Of a DNA stretch of 15,665 nt, positions 1 through 7,320 are shown piece by piece. The DNA comes from Pyrobaculum sp. (lineage in GTDB: Archaea > Thermoproteota > Thermoprotei > Thermoproteales > Thermoproteaceae), in assembly GCA_046293555.1 (NCBI GenBank), contig JBKBOT010000002.1, forward strand, positions 1-15,665. The letters run 5' to 3'. Both the position numbers and the translations under genes were made by a program. The notes under the pieces were generated by a model that made no database searches, had not been told where the DNA came from, and was given only the letters and a program-made list of their open reading frames with translations. Every line of letters starts with the position of its first letter. Position 1 is the first letter of the stretch.

Positions 1-273
1 AATCAGCCGCGCCACCCCGTAGCTAGTATACTCGCGGGGCACTACGCAGCTGCCTACCGCCGCCGCCGTAGAGGGGCCCACACAAATTATACACCTAAAC
101 TTATGTCTTAACTTCTCGATATCTACAGCTTGCACAACCACTGGGCTCATCACTACAAGATAGTCTCCCTCAGGTACTGTCACCTCCTTACGTGGCGTAA
201 TAGAGCCAATAGAGATACAAACAGCCCCCTGTGGGCAGGGTCCCTCTTTAAGTCTGACCACTACCACCGACAT
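1..273 (-). CDS. hemD: Uroporphyrinogen-III synthase, N-terminal part (runs off the window start)
   Basis: Manual translation from ATG at 273 gives MSVVVVRLKEGPCPQGAVCISIGSITPRKEVTVPEGDYLVVMSPVVVQAVDIEKLRHKFRCIICVGPSTAAAVGSCVVPREYTSYGVARLI, open to base 1. HemD-like motifs are DYLVVMSP, CVGPSTAAAV and VPREYTSYG. It overlaps the cobA stop. Confidence 0.85.
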   Translation of the reverse strand, partial: MSVVVVRLKEGPCPQGAVCISIGSITPRKEVTVPEGDYLVVMSPVVVQAVDIEKLRHKFRCIICVGPSTAAAVGSCVVPREYTSYGVARLI

Positions 274-983
274 AGCTCTCTGAGCTTAACCCCCCTTTCC
301 ACCACCTTTCCAACCACCACAATGCTGGGACTTGGCACAGATTTTAACTTATCTAGTGTTGTTGTGAAAAACTCCTCGTCGCCAAAATATGCGGACTTAA
401 TTACAGCTACTGGCGTGTGGGGAGACATGCCGCCATCTATCAGCTCTCCGGCGATCTCTTCGGCAACTGAGGCGCCCATGTATATAATGATGGTGTCTAC
501 TGAGGTGGCTAACTTCCTGAAGTCTACCCTCTTTTCCCCAGAGGCGCCGCGGCCCGTCGCTAGGGCCACAGAGCTCGCCGTCCCTCTAACTACAGGCGGG
601 ATGTAATACTTAGCCGGAGCCGCGAGGCCGCTCGTGACGCCGGGAATAATCTCACACCTCACGCCTCTTGCGGCTAAAAATTCGCACTCCTCAAAACCTC
701 TGCCAAAAACCAGGGGGTCGCCCCCGTGAAGTCTGACAACTGTCTCATACTCCATGCTGTATCTATACAACATCTCGTTTATCTCCCCCTGCGTGGGGCC
801 AATCCCCCCAGGACTTTTCCCAACGTATACCAATAGCGCGTTTGGCTTGGAGTGAGACAATAGGCCACGTGGGATGAGCCTGTCGTATAGAATCACATCT
901 GCCTCACGAACTAGCCTAAGCCCCTTTACGGTAATTAGCTCGGGGTCGCCGGGACCCGCGCCAACAATATAGACTCTGCCCAC
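261..983 (-). CDS. cobA: Uroporphyrinogen-III C-methyltransferase (SUMT)
   Basis: Motifs VYIVGAGPGDPELITVKG, RLHGGDPLVFGRGFEE, IIPGVTSG and IIYMG; 240 aa; GTG start. Confidence 0.95.
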   Translation of the reverse strand: MGRVYIVGAGPGDPELITVKGLRLVREADVILYDRLIPRGLLSHSKPNALLVYVGKSPGGIGPTQGEINEMLYRYSMEYETVVRLHGGDPLVFGRGFEECEFLAARGVRCEIIPGVTSGLAAPAKYYIPPVVRGTASSVALATGRGASGEKRVDFRKLATSVDTIIIYMGASVAEEIAGELIDGGMSPHTPVAVIKSAYFGDEEFFTTTLDKLKSVPSPSIVVVGKVVERGVKLRELCRW

Positions 984-1014
984 AACACATTATTTAAGAA
1001 GCTAAAAAATCATT
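984..1014. promoter_or_regulatory. Compact divergent promoter region, cobA/hemL
   Basis: 31-bp AT-rich gap between two divergent starts, with TATA-like TTTAAGAA (993-1000) on + and TTTTTTAG on - (1002-1009). Confidence 0.55.
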
Positions 1015-2283
1015 ATGGCTCTCGAAAAGGCGAAGGCCCTCTTCCCGGGAGGGGTGAACTCGCCCGCACGGGCGTTAAAACATCTGCCAAAACCCCTAGT
1101 CGCAAGGGGGGCCTCCGGCCCATTTCTCTATACAGACCACGGAAAGCTGACAGACTACTGTCTAGCCTTCGGCGCAATTATACTAGGCCACGCCCACCCC
1201 AAGATAAGAGAGGCTGTGGCCACACAGCTAGAGAGGGGGTGGATCTACGCGTTGTTAACCGAAGAGGAGGTGGAATTCGCCGAGAGGATAAAGAGATATA
1301 TGTCGATAGAGAAGATGAGAATTGTAAACACGGGCACAGAGGCCACCATGAGTGCCATAAGGCTGGCCAGAGGCTACACCAGACGCGACGTAATTATAAA
1401 ATTTGAGGGAAATTTCCACGGCTCTCACGACTACGTGTTAATAAAGGCAGGCTCTGGGGCCGCCACGTGGGGCATCCCCACGAGCGCGGGGATACCGCAA
1501 GACGTGGTAAAACTAACAGCGGTAGTGCCATATAACGACACAGAGGCGTTTATAAAAGCGGCGAGAGAGATAGGAGATAGACTGGCTGCAGTGATTGTAG
1601 AACCCATAGCGGGCAACTACGGGCTGATACCCCCAGAGCCAGATTTCCTAAAGGCATTAAGAGAGGAGACAGAGGGTAGGGGGGCCCTCCTAATTTTTGA
1701 CGAGATAATCACAGGCTTTAGGGTGGGACTTGGGGGCGCACAGGAGATATATGGCGTAAGGCCAGATCTAGTCACGTTGGGCAAAGTGGTGGGCGGCGGC
1801 TTCCCTATAGGCATATTTGGCGGCCGTGGGGATATAATGGATCTAGTGGCCCCCAGCGGCCCTGTATATAACGCAGGTACTTATAACGCACATCCCATAT
1901 CTATAGCTGCAGGACTGGCCACAATTAAGGAGCTAGAGAGAGGCGAGGCGTATGTCATAGCCAACGAGGCCGCACGGAGGCTTGCAGAGGGGATACAAGA
2001 CGTTGCCCAACGCCACGGCTTTGACTTAGTTATAAAACAGATTACATCTATGTATCAAATATACTTTAAAAAAGGCGACGTGAAGACCCCAGGAGATGTG
2101 AGAGAGAGCGACGAGAGACTTTATTTAAAACTCCACGAAATTTTGTTAAGACATGGGGTTTACCTCACGCCCTCTCAATACGAGACTAATTTCACCTCGG
2201 CGGCACATACGGGAGAGGTGGTGGGAGAGACCTTGTCGGCATTTGAAAAGGCGTTTAAAGAACTAAAAAGCCACTTCGCGTAA
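1015..2283 (+). CDS. hemL: Glutamate-1-semialdehyde 2,1-aminomutase
   Basis: Motifs PGGVNSPAR, NTGTEATMSAIRLARGYT, FEGNFHGSHD, FDEIITGFR and the PLP-lysine motif LGKVVGGGFPIG. Confidence 0.97.
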   Translation: MALEKAKALFPGGVNSPARALKHLPKPLVARGASGPFLYTDHGKLTDYCLAFGAIILGHAHPKIREAVATQLERGWIYALLTEEEVEFAERIKRYMSIEKMRIVNTGTEATMSAIRLARGYTRRDVIIKFEGNFHGSHDYVLIKAGSGAATWGIPTSAGIPQDVVKLTAVVPYNDTEAFIKAAREIGDRLAAVIVEPIAGNYGLIPPEPDFLKALREETEGRGALLIFDEIITGFRVGLGGAQEIYGVRPDLVTLGKVVGGGFPIGIFGGRGDIMDLVAPSGPVYNAGTYNAHPISIAAGLATIKELERGEAYVIANEAARRLAEGIQDVAQRHGFDLVIKQITSMYQIYFKKGDVKTPGDVRESDERLYLKLHEILLRHGVYLTPSQYETNFTSAAHTGEVVGETLSAFEKAFKELKSHFA

Positions 2284-2288
2284 GAGAC

Positions 2289-3395
2289 GTGCATAACGTA
2301 AGGGAGTTAATCCAGCGGTTTCACCAAGCCCCACTACTTGTATTCTGGGAGAGCACAAAGGCGTGTACGCTAGTCTGTAAACACTGCCGCGCAGACGCCA
2401 TAACCAAACCCCTCCCCTTCGAGTTGACCACAGAAGAGGGCAGAAGGCTGATAGAACAAGTGGCGTCATTTGGAAACCCCAAACCCATGTTAATAATAAC
2501 GGGGGGAGACCCGCTGATGAGAGCCGACGTGTTTGAACTAATAGATTACGCCAACTCGCTAGGCGTCCCGGTCTCCCTGGCGCCCGCCGTGTCAAAAAAT
2601 CTCAACGAGGAAACCCTTAAGGCTATAAAAAACGCCGGCGTTAAGTCCATATCTATTAGCCTCGACGGCGCCGCCGCGGAGACACATGACGAGCTGAGAG
2701 GCGTTGTAGGTAGCTACCAGGAGACTATCTCCGCGATAAAAAAAGCCGTAGAGATTGGGGTGTCAGTTCAGGTAAACACAGTGGTGTGGAGAAAGTCGTT
2801 AACAGAGCTACCCGACGTGGCCCATCTGTTAAAAACCCTCGGCGTTAGGGTGTGGGAGGTTTTCTTCCTTATACTCACGGGGAGGGCTAGAGAGGAGCTA
2901 GACATAACGCCCATGGAATATGAGGCCGTGGTACATTTTCTCGTAGATGTCTCCACCTACGGGCTTCAGGTAAGGACGGTGGAGGCGCCTTTTTTCAGGA
3001 GGGCCAAGTTAGAAAGGCTGGAAAAGAGGGCGTTTCAACACCCGCTATATTTCAAACTTGTAGAGCGGCTTAGAGAAAGGCTGGGAAACCCCCAGAGGGG
3101 GGTGGACCCCGCCATTGTCCCCACTAGAGACGGCTTTGGGATAATATTCGTGGCTCATGACGGCACTGTGTACCCAAGCGGCTTTTTGCCCCACCCGCTG
3201 GGAAATGTGAGGAGGAAGAACCTAGTGGAGATATATAGAGGGCACCCCCTCTTGATAAAAATGAGAAACGGGGAGTTTGAAGGCCGCTGCGGCGTGTGTA
3301 AATATAGAGACATCTGTGGGGGATCCCGCGCCAGGGCCTACGCCTATTTTAAAAACCCGCTGGGAGAAGACCCGGCGTGTGTCTACACGCCTTGA
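2289..3395 (+). CDS. Radical SAM/SPASM protein, AhbD/NirJ-like (putative Fe-coproporphyrin III oxidative decarboxylase, heme b synthase)
   Basis: WESTKACTLVCKHCRADA carries CxxxCxxC; also TGGDPL, ISLDG and C-terminal CGVCKYRDICGGSRARA...DPAC. It lies in a cluster with AhbAB and AhbC. The family call is firm and the exact activity is inferred. Confidence 0.75.
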   Translation: MHNVRELIQRFHQAPLLVFWESTKACTLVCKHCRADAITKPLPFELTTEEGRRLIEQVASFGNPKPMLIITGGDPLMRADVFELIDYANSLGVPVSLAPAVSKNLNEETLKAIKNAGVKSISISLDGAAAETHDELRGVVGSYQETISAIKKAVEIGVSVQVNTVVWRKSLTELPDVAHLLKTLGVRVWEVFFLILTGRAREELDITPMEYEAVVHFLVDVSTYGLQVRTVEAPFFRRAKLERLEKRAFQHPLYFKLVERLRERLGNPQRGVDPAIVPTRDGFGIIFVAHDGTVYPSGFLPHPLGNVRRKNLVEIYRGHPLLIKMRNGEFEGRCGVCKYRDICGGSRARAYAYFKNPLGEDPACVYTP

Positions 3396-3985
3396 CAAAA
3401 ACTGCGGCTGAGTAATTCGTGTAGAGTAGATATGTAAAAACTCCCGCCTTTACATGTCCTCTGGCGTGTAATACAGACGCCACAAGCCCCAGCACTCTTG
3501 GCCATCTCCATGTCGTATTCCGAGTCCCCCACTACCACCATATTTCTGGTTGATATGCCGAGGCGTCTCGCCACGACGTGTAGTGGATCTGGAGCCGGCT
3601 TTCCTCTAGCAACCTCGTCACCCCCCAACACGAGGTCTATATATCTCAAAAGCCCAACTTTCTCCAAGACGGCTCTTGCCACATAGCCGCTAGAAGAAGT
3701 AACTACAGCCAGAGGTCTTGATAGCTTTTCGAGAACATCCACATCGCCATACGCCCTCACTAAGGCGATATATTTGTCTAGAAAGAGCTTGTTTTTTAAT
3801 AATGCCAGCTCTCTCGCCCTCTCTGGCAACAGCCTTTTTGCGATATCTGCCGCGGGGAGGCCCATGAGGGGCCTAATCTCCTCTACCCCCTTTCTAACGC
3901 CCATGAGGCTTAAGGCCTCTGTCCACGCCGATATGTGCGCCTCTACTGACTCTACCAACGTGCCGTCTAGGTCGAAAACGTACAC
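3383..3985 (-). CDS. HAD-superfamily hydrolase (subfamily IA, phosphatase-like)
   Basis: Motif I FDLDGTLVES, motif II VTSS, motif III KPAP and motif IV VGDSEYD. Confidence 0.92.
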   Translation of the reverse strand: MYVFDLDGTLVESVEAHISAWTEALSLMGVRKGVEEIRPLMGLPAADIAKRLLPERARELALLKNKLFLDKYIALVRAYGDVDVLEKLSRPLAVVTSSSGYVARAVLEKVGLLRYIDLVLGGDEVARGKPAPDPLHVVARRLGISTRNMVVVGDSEYDMEMAKSAGACGVCITRQRTCKGGSFYISTLHELLSRSFCQGV

Positions 3986-4002
3986 ATGGGGAATAAAGCC
4001 AT

Positions 4003-4014
4003 ATTTTAAAACTT
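4003..4014. promoter_or_regulatory. TATA-like element between the divergent HAD and chelatase genes
   Basis: ATTTTAAAACTT with palindromic core TTTTAAAA at 4004-4011, in the 42-bp gap. Confidence 0.55.
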
Positions 4015-4027
4015 CAAATCGTAGGTC

Positions 4028-4537
4028 ATGATCTTAATTTTTCACGGATCTACAGACTTGACACATAACCAACAAGCCATAAGGCTTGCAGAAGCCGTAG
4101 GCGCCAAATGTGCCTTCATGGAGGTTGAGCCAAGGTTTAGAGGGGGGCTGGGGGTGCCCATCTTTATAACTGACGGCGCCGACTATAGAAAGGCGTTAGA
4201 AATAGCCACAGTGAAGGCGCCGCCGTTAGTGAGGTGGCCTGGCTTTATAGAATACCTAAAAAGCCTAGATGCCGACCTCTATATATTTCACGGCCCAGAT
4301 TACGGCGGCATAAAAGATCTCCCCATAGCGCTTCTCTATGGCGAGCCCAACCTCAGGAAGGCACCCTGTGTAAAAACCGCAATGCCGGTTGTCCTAACTC
4401 GCGGCTATATATACAGGAAGATAGAGGCTGAATATACGTCCAGATGCCCCGCCAGTCTGCTGCCCCCACTGGCGGAACAAGAGCCATTTGTAGAATACCT
4501 AAAAGCCACGATTAAAACAATAGTTGACACCTATTAA
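4028..4537 (+). CDS. CbiX/SirB-like class II chelatase (putative sirohydrochlorin ferrochelatase)
   Basis: N-terminal LIFHGS, AFMEVEP and VPIFITDG, then a second repeat YIFHG...YGEPNL...PVVLTRG...PPL. Located in a siroheme cluster. Confidence 0.75.
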   Translation: MILIFHGSTDLTHNQQAIRLAEAVGAKCAFMEVEPRFRGGLGVPIFITDGADYRKALEIATVKAPPLVRWPGFIEYLKSLDADLYIFHGPDYGGIKDLPIALLYGEPNLRKAPCVKTAMPVVLTRGYIYRKIEAEYTSRCPASLLPPLAEQEPFVEYLKATIKTIVDTY

Positions 4538-4626
4538 TGGGGCCGCCGGGATTTGAACCCGGGGTCACGTGGGCCCAAGCCACGCCTTAGGGGGCTCCCT
4601 ATCCTACCAGGCTAGACTACGGCCCC
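4538..4626 (-). tRNA. tRNA-Pro(TGG) with a 15-nt intron at position 25/26; CCA not encoded
   Basis: Reverse complement: GGGGCCG TA GTCT AGCCTGGTA GGAT [AGGGAGCCCCCTAAG] G CGTGG CT TGG GC CCACG TGACC CCGGG TTCAAAT CCCGG CGGCCCC A. All four stems pair once the intron is removed. Confidence 0.95.
4586..4600 (-). other. Non-canonical tRNA intron (25/26) with BHB motif
   Basis: Central helix TAGG/CCTA with 3-nt bulges AT^A and AG^G. The predicted cuts match the insertion boundaries. Confidence 0.88.
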
Positions 4627-4651
4627 TCTCTGGGAGAAATTGTTTTTTTAG

Positions 4652-4663
4652 ATTTTAAAACTT
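4652..4663 (-). promoter_or_regulatory. TATA element for tRNA-Pro (divergent from the SirC gene)
   Basis: AAGTTTTAAAAT on the minus strand, with TTTTAAAA 27-34 nt upstream of the mature tRNA 5' end. Confidence 0.6.
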
Positions 4664-4669
4664 GTAGCT

Positions 4670-5314
4670 ATGAGAATCCCCCTCTGGGTTGAGGCCTCTA
4701 GGCTGAAAGTGTTGATACTCGGCGGAGGCTCCGTGGGGACTAGAAGGGCAAAGTTTTTCTCCTCTGCGGGAGCTAAGGTGAGGGTGATAGCCCGCGAATT
4801 TAGCGAGGAGTTGACAAGACTAGACGTAGTGGCTATAAAGGCAGATTTATACCATTATGACGTCACTGAAGACGTAAAGTGGGCAGACATTGTGGTGATT
4901 GCAGTAGACAACAGAGAGCTGGCAGACAAGTTGTTCCACACGGCCCAATCCCTGGGGAAGCTCGTCAATGACGCCACAGACGCCTCTAGAACACACGTCG
5001 TGGTGCCATATGAGAGAATTGTGTCAAACCTACGGGTTGCTGTGACAAGTGAGGGAGCTGCCGGAACTCCAGCTAGGCTCTCGCTTGACTTGATAGATGA
5101 ATGTATTAAAAAAAGCTGGATTCCCACCTTTTATAGTATATATAGTGAATTAAAAAAAGAGGCAAAAATATATATATCTGACACCAGGGCCCGACTAAAA
5201 TTTTACCAAGAGCTGTGGGAAGACGAGGAGTTCAGAAAACATATAGTCAATAAAGATGTCGGCGCTGCCATAAAGAGGGGGAAGGAAATACTACAGCGCC
5301 ACCTCTATGGCTAG
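4670..5314 (+). CDS. sirC: Precorrin-2 dehydrogenase (SirC/Met8p/CysG N-terminal-domain family)
   Basis: Rossmann motif KVLILGGGSVGTRRA, plus ADIVVIAVDN, LVNDATD and VAVTSEG; 214 aa with a helical C-terminus. Confidence 0.85.
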   Translation: MRIPLWVEASRLKVLILGGGSVGTRRAKFFSSAGAKVRVIAREFSEELTRLDVVAIKADLYHYDVTEDVKWADIVVIAVDNRELADKLFHTAQSLGKLVNDATDASRTHVVVPYERIVSNLRVAVTSEGAAGTPARLSLDLIDECIKKSWIPTFYSIYSELKKEAKIYISDTRARLKFYQELWEDEEFRKHIVNKDVGAAIKRGKEILQRHLYG

Positions 5315-6311
5315 ATTCCCCCAAGCTAGACCGCGGCGGCTGAGATACAGTAAGATCATCAGAGATGCCGTCGCCGAGACTGAAATAGATGTGAAAGATT
5401 TCATCTACCCCATTTTTGTCAAGCCGGGGGGCGCAATGGAGGCCATACCGACAATGCCCGGTCAGTACCGGTGGCCTGTGGGAGAGCCGCTTGTGAAACA
5501 CCTAGAGGAGGCCTTGTCTCTCGGCGTGGATAAGATCATCCTCTTCGGCGTCTTGCCAGACGAGTTAAAAGACCCGCTTGGCTCAGGTGGCTACGACCCA
5601 CACGGCGTGGTGCCTAACGCCATCCGGTTGGTAAAAGAGGTGTTTGGAGACAAGCTATATGTATTCACCGACGTGTGTCTCTGTGAGTATACAGACCACG
5701 GACACTGCGGCGTGGTGAAGAAAGGTGGGCGTATAGATAACGACGAGACGATAAAGCTTTACGCCAGGGAGGCTGTGGTATATGCAGACGCCGGGGCGGA
5801 TTTCGTCGCGCCGAGTGGCATGATGGATGGACAGGTGGCAGAAATTAGGAAAGCGCTAGACTCCCACGGGTTTCACGACGTGGGAATTATGGCATATAGC
5901 GCCAAATATGCCTCCGCCTTTTACGGCCCCTTCCGTGTGGCTGCCGCCTCGGCGCCTAAGTTTGGCGACCGGAGGACATACCAGATGGACCCCCGAAACG
6001 CAATGGAGGCAATAAAAGAGGTTGTACTAGACGTAGAGGAGGGCGCCGATATTGTTATGGTAAAACCAGCTTTAGCGTATCTAGACGTGATAAGATTGGT
6101 AAGAGAAAAAGTGCCCTGGGTCCCCCTAGCCGCCTATAACGTCTCTGGGGAATACTCTATGGTTAAGGCGGCAGCTGCAGCGGGCTATATAGACGGAAGA
6201 GTCATCACGCTGGAGATACTTACAGCCATAAAGAGGGCTGGCGCAAATTTAATACTCACATACCACGCCCTCGAGGCCGCGAGGTGGATTAAAGAAGGGC
6301 CGCCGTTTTAA
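5307..6311 (+). CDS. hemB: Porphobilinogen synthase (ALA dehydratase), Zn-binding type
   Basis: Motifs RPRRLR, DVCLCEYTDHGHCG, APSGMMDG, YSAKYASAFYGPFR, MVKPA and AYNVSGEY. Confidence 0.98.
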   Translation: MARFPQARPRRLRYSKIIRDAVAETEIDVKDFIYPIFVKPGGAMEAIPTMPGQYRWPVGEPLVKHLEEALSLGVDKIILFGVLPDELKDPLGSGGYDPHGVVPNAIRLVKEVFGDKLYVFTDVCLCEYTDHGHCGVVKKGGRIDNDETIKLYAREAVVYADAGADFVAPSGMMDGQVAEIRKALDSHGFHDVGIMAYSAKYASAFYGPFRVAAASAPKFGDRRTYQMDPRNAMEAIKEVVLDVEEGADIVMVKPALAYLDVIRLVREKVPWVPLAAYNVSGEYSMVKAAAAAGYIDGRVITLEILTAIKRAGANLILTYHALEAARWIKEGPPF

Positions 6312-6322
6312 CCTCCAATATG

Positions 6323-6330
6323 TTTTAAAT
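6323..6330 (+). promoter_or_regulatory. TATA-like element upstream of the AhbAB gene
   Basis: TTTTAAAT 19-26 nt upstream of the ATG at 6349. Confidence 0.5.
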
Positions 6331-6348
6331 AGAAAAAACGGAAAAAAT

Positions 6349-7320
6349 ATGGACAGCCGCCTCATCGACGTGTTAATGGAGGTACAGTATAACTTCCCGC
6401 TGGTAGAAAGGCCTTTCTTGGAGATAGCCGGTAAAGTGGGCCTTTCCGAAGAGGAGGTGCTGACATTACTCAGAGAGGCTGTGCGCGCCGGAGTTTTAAA
6501 ACGAATTGGCGCCATTCTTAACTACAAGTCGAGAGGCATGACGGCGGCACTTGTAGGCCTGGCGGTGCCGGATCACATCGTCGAAGATGTGGCGGCTGCA
6601 GTAAATGAAGACCCTTTGGTAAGTCACAACTTCCTGAGAGATTACAGGCCCTATAACCTTTGGTATGTAACTAAGGCAAATAGCAAAGAAGAATTAGAAC
6701 AAAAGGTACGTACAGTGGCGAAGAGGTTTGGTGTAGATTACGTGATTTTATACTCCCTCCGCTCCTATAAGGTAGACGTCCGTTTTGACCTACGCCGCGG
6801 CATCTCCTGGACTAGGGGATATATAATGCCGGAAAGCCCCCCCACAGTGGACTCGTTGGGTATACCCATGGCATTTTTTGGCAAGGTAAAATCCCTCCCC
6901 CTAGAGCCGACGCCGTTTAGGGGGGCCGCAGAGGCCCTAGGCCTCTCGACACAAGAGACGTTGAAGAAAATACGGGAGCTTATAGACATGGGGGTACTCC
7001 GCGATCTTCACGGCACGATAGACGGCGAGGCGGCGGGCTTTAGGGAAAACGCCATGGTGGTGTTGAAGGAGCCCCGTTGTGAGGAGGTAGCCATGTTAAA
7101 CATATCTACACACGTCGTGTATAGAAACACGGTGGCCGGCAGGTGGGAGTACCCCTGTTATTTCATGGTTCACGGAGTGAGGAAAGACGTGATAGAAGAA
7201 AACATCAAAGAGGCGCTAAGAGAGTTGGGGGTGAGAGAATACGCAGTTTTATATAGCGTCAGGGATTTCCTAGGGGGGAGGGAAATGGGGCGGAGAGTGG
7301 AGAGAGTGGCCGAGACTTAG
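6349..7320 (+). CDS. Siroheme decarboxylase, fused AhbA-AhbB (NirDL/GH-like, Lrp/AsnC fold)
   Basis: Two tandem HTH plus RAM-like units: [15 protein letters not shown]...[13 protein letters not shown] and [12 protein letters not shown]...GFRENAMVV...STHVVYRN...[11 protein letters not shown]. Confidence 0.85.
   Translation: MDSRLIDVLMEVQYNFPLVERPFLEIAGKVGLSEEEVLTLLREAVRAGVLKRIGAILNYKSRGMTAALVGLAVPDHIVEDVAAAVNEDPLVSHNFLRDYRPYNLWYVTKANSKEELEQKVRTVAKRFGVDYVILYSLRSYKVDVRFDLRRGISWTRGYIMPESPPTVDSLGIPMAFFGKVKSLPLEPTPFRGAAEALGLSTQETLKKIRELIDMGVLRDLHGTIDGEAAGFRENAMVVLKEPRCEEVAMLNISTHVVYRNTVAGRWEYPCYFMVHGVRKDVIEENIKEALRELGVREYAVLYSVRDFLGGREMGRRVERVAET

Noticed and set aside
100-153. GTGATGA (C-box-like) on the minus strand as a C/D sRNA; similar hits near 5357 and 6202
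   Set aside because: They lie inside coding sequence, and I found no convincingly spaced D, D' or C' boxes by eye. A snoscan-type search or small RNA-seq would be decisive.
130-606. 158-aa plus-strand ORF
   Set aside because: Antisense shadow of cobA and hemD, with no motifs and atypical Ser/Thr-rich composition.
4538-4626. tRNA pseudogenes with disrupted arms (also 9361-9456)
   Set aside because: Removing the BHB-defined introns restores fully paired cloverleaves.
6349-7320. Lrp/AsnC transcription regulator
   Set aside because: The double length, FPL..RPF and HxxxR motifs and the context fit siroheme decarboxylase better.
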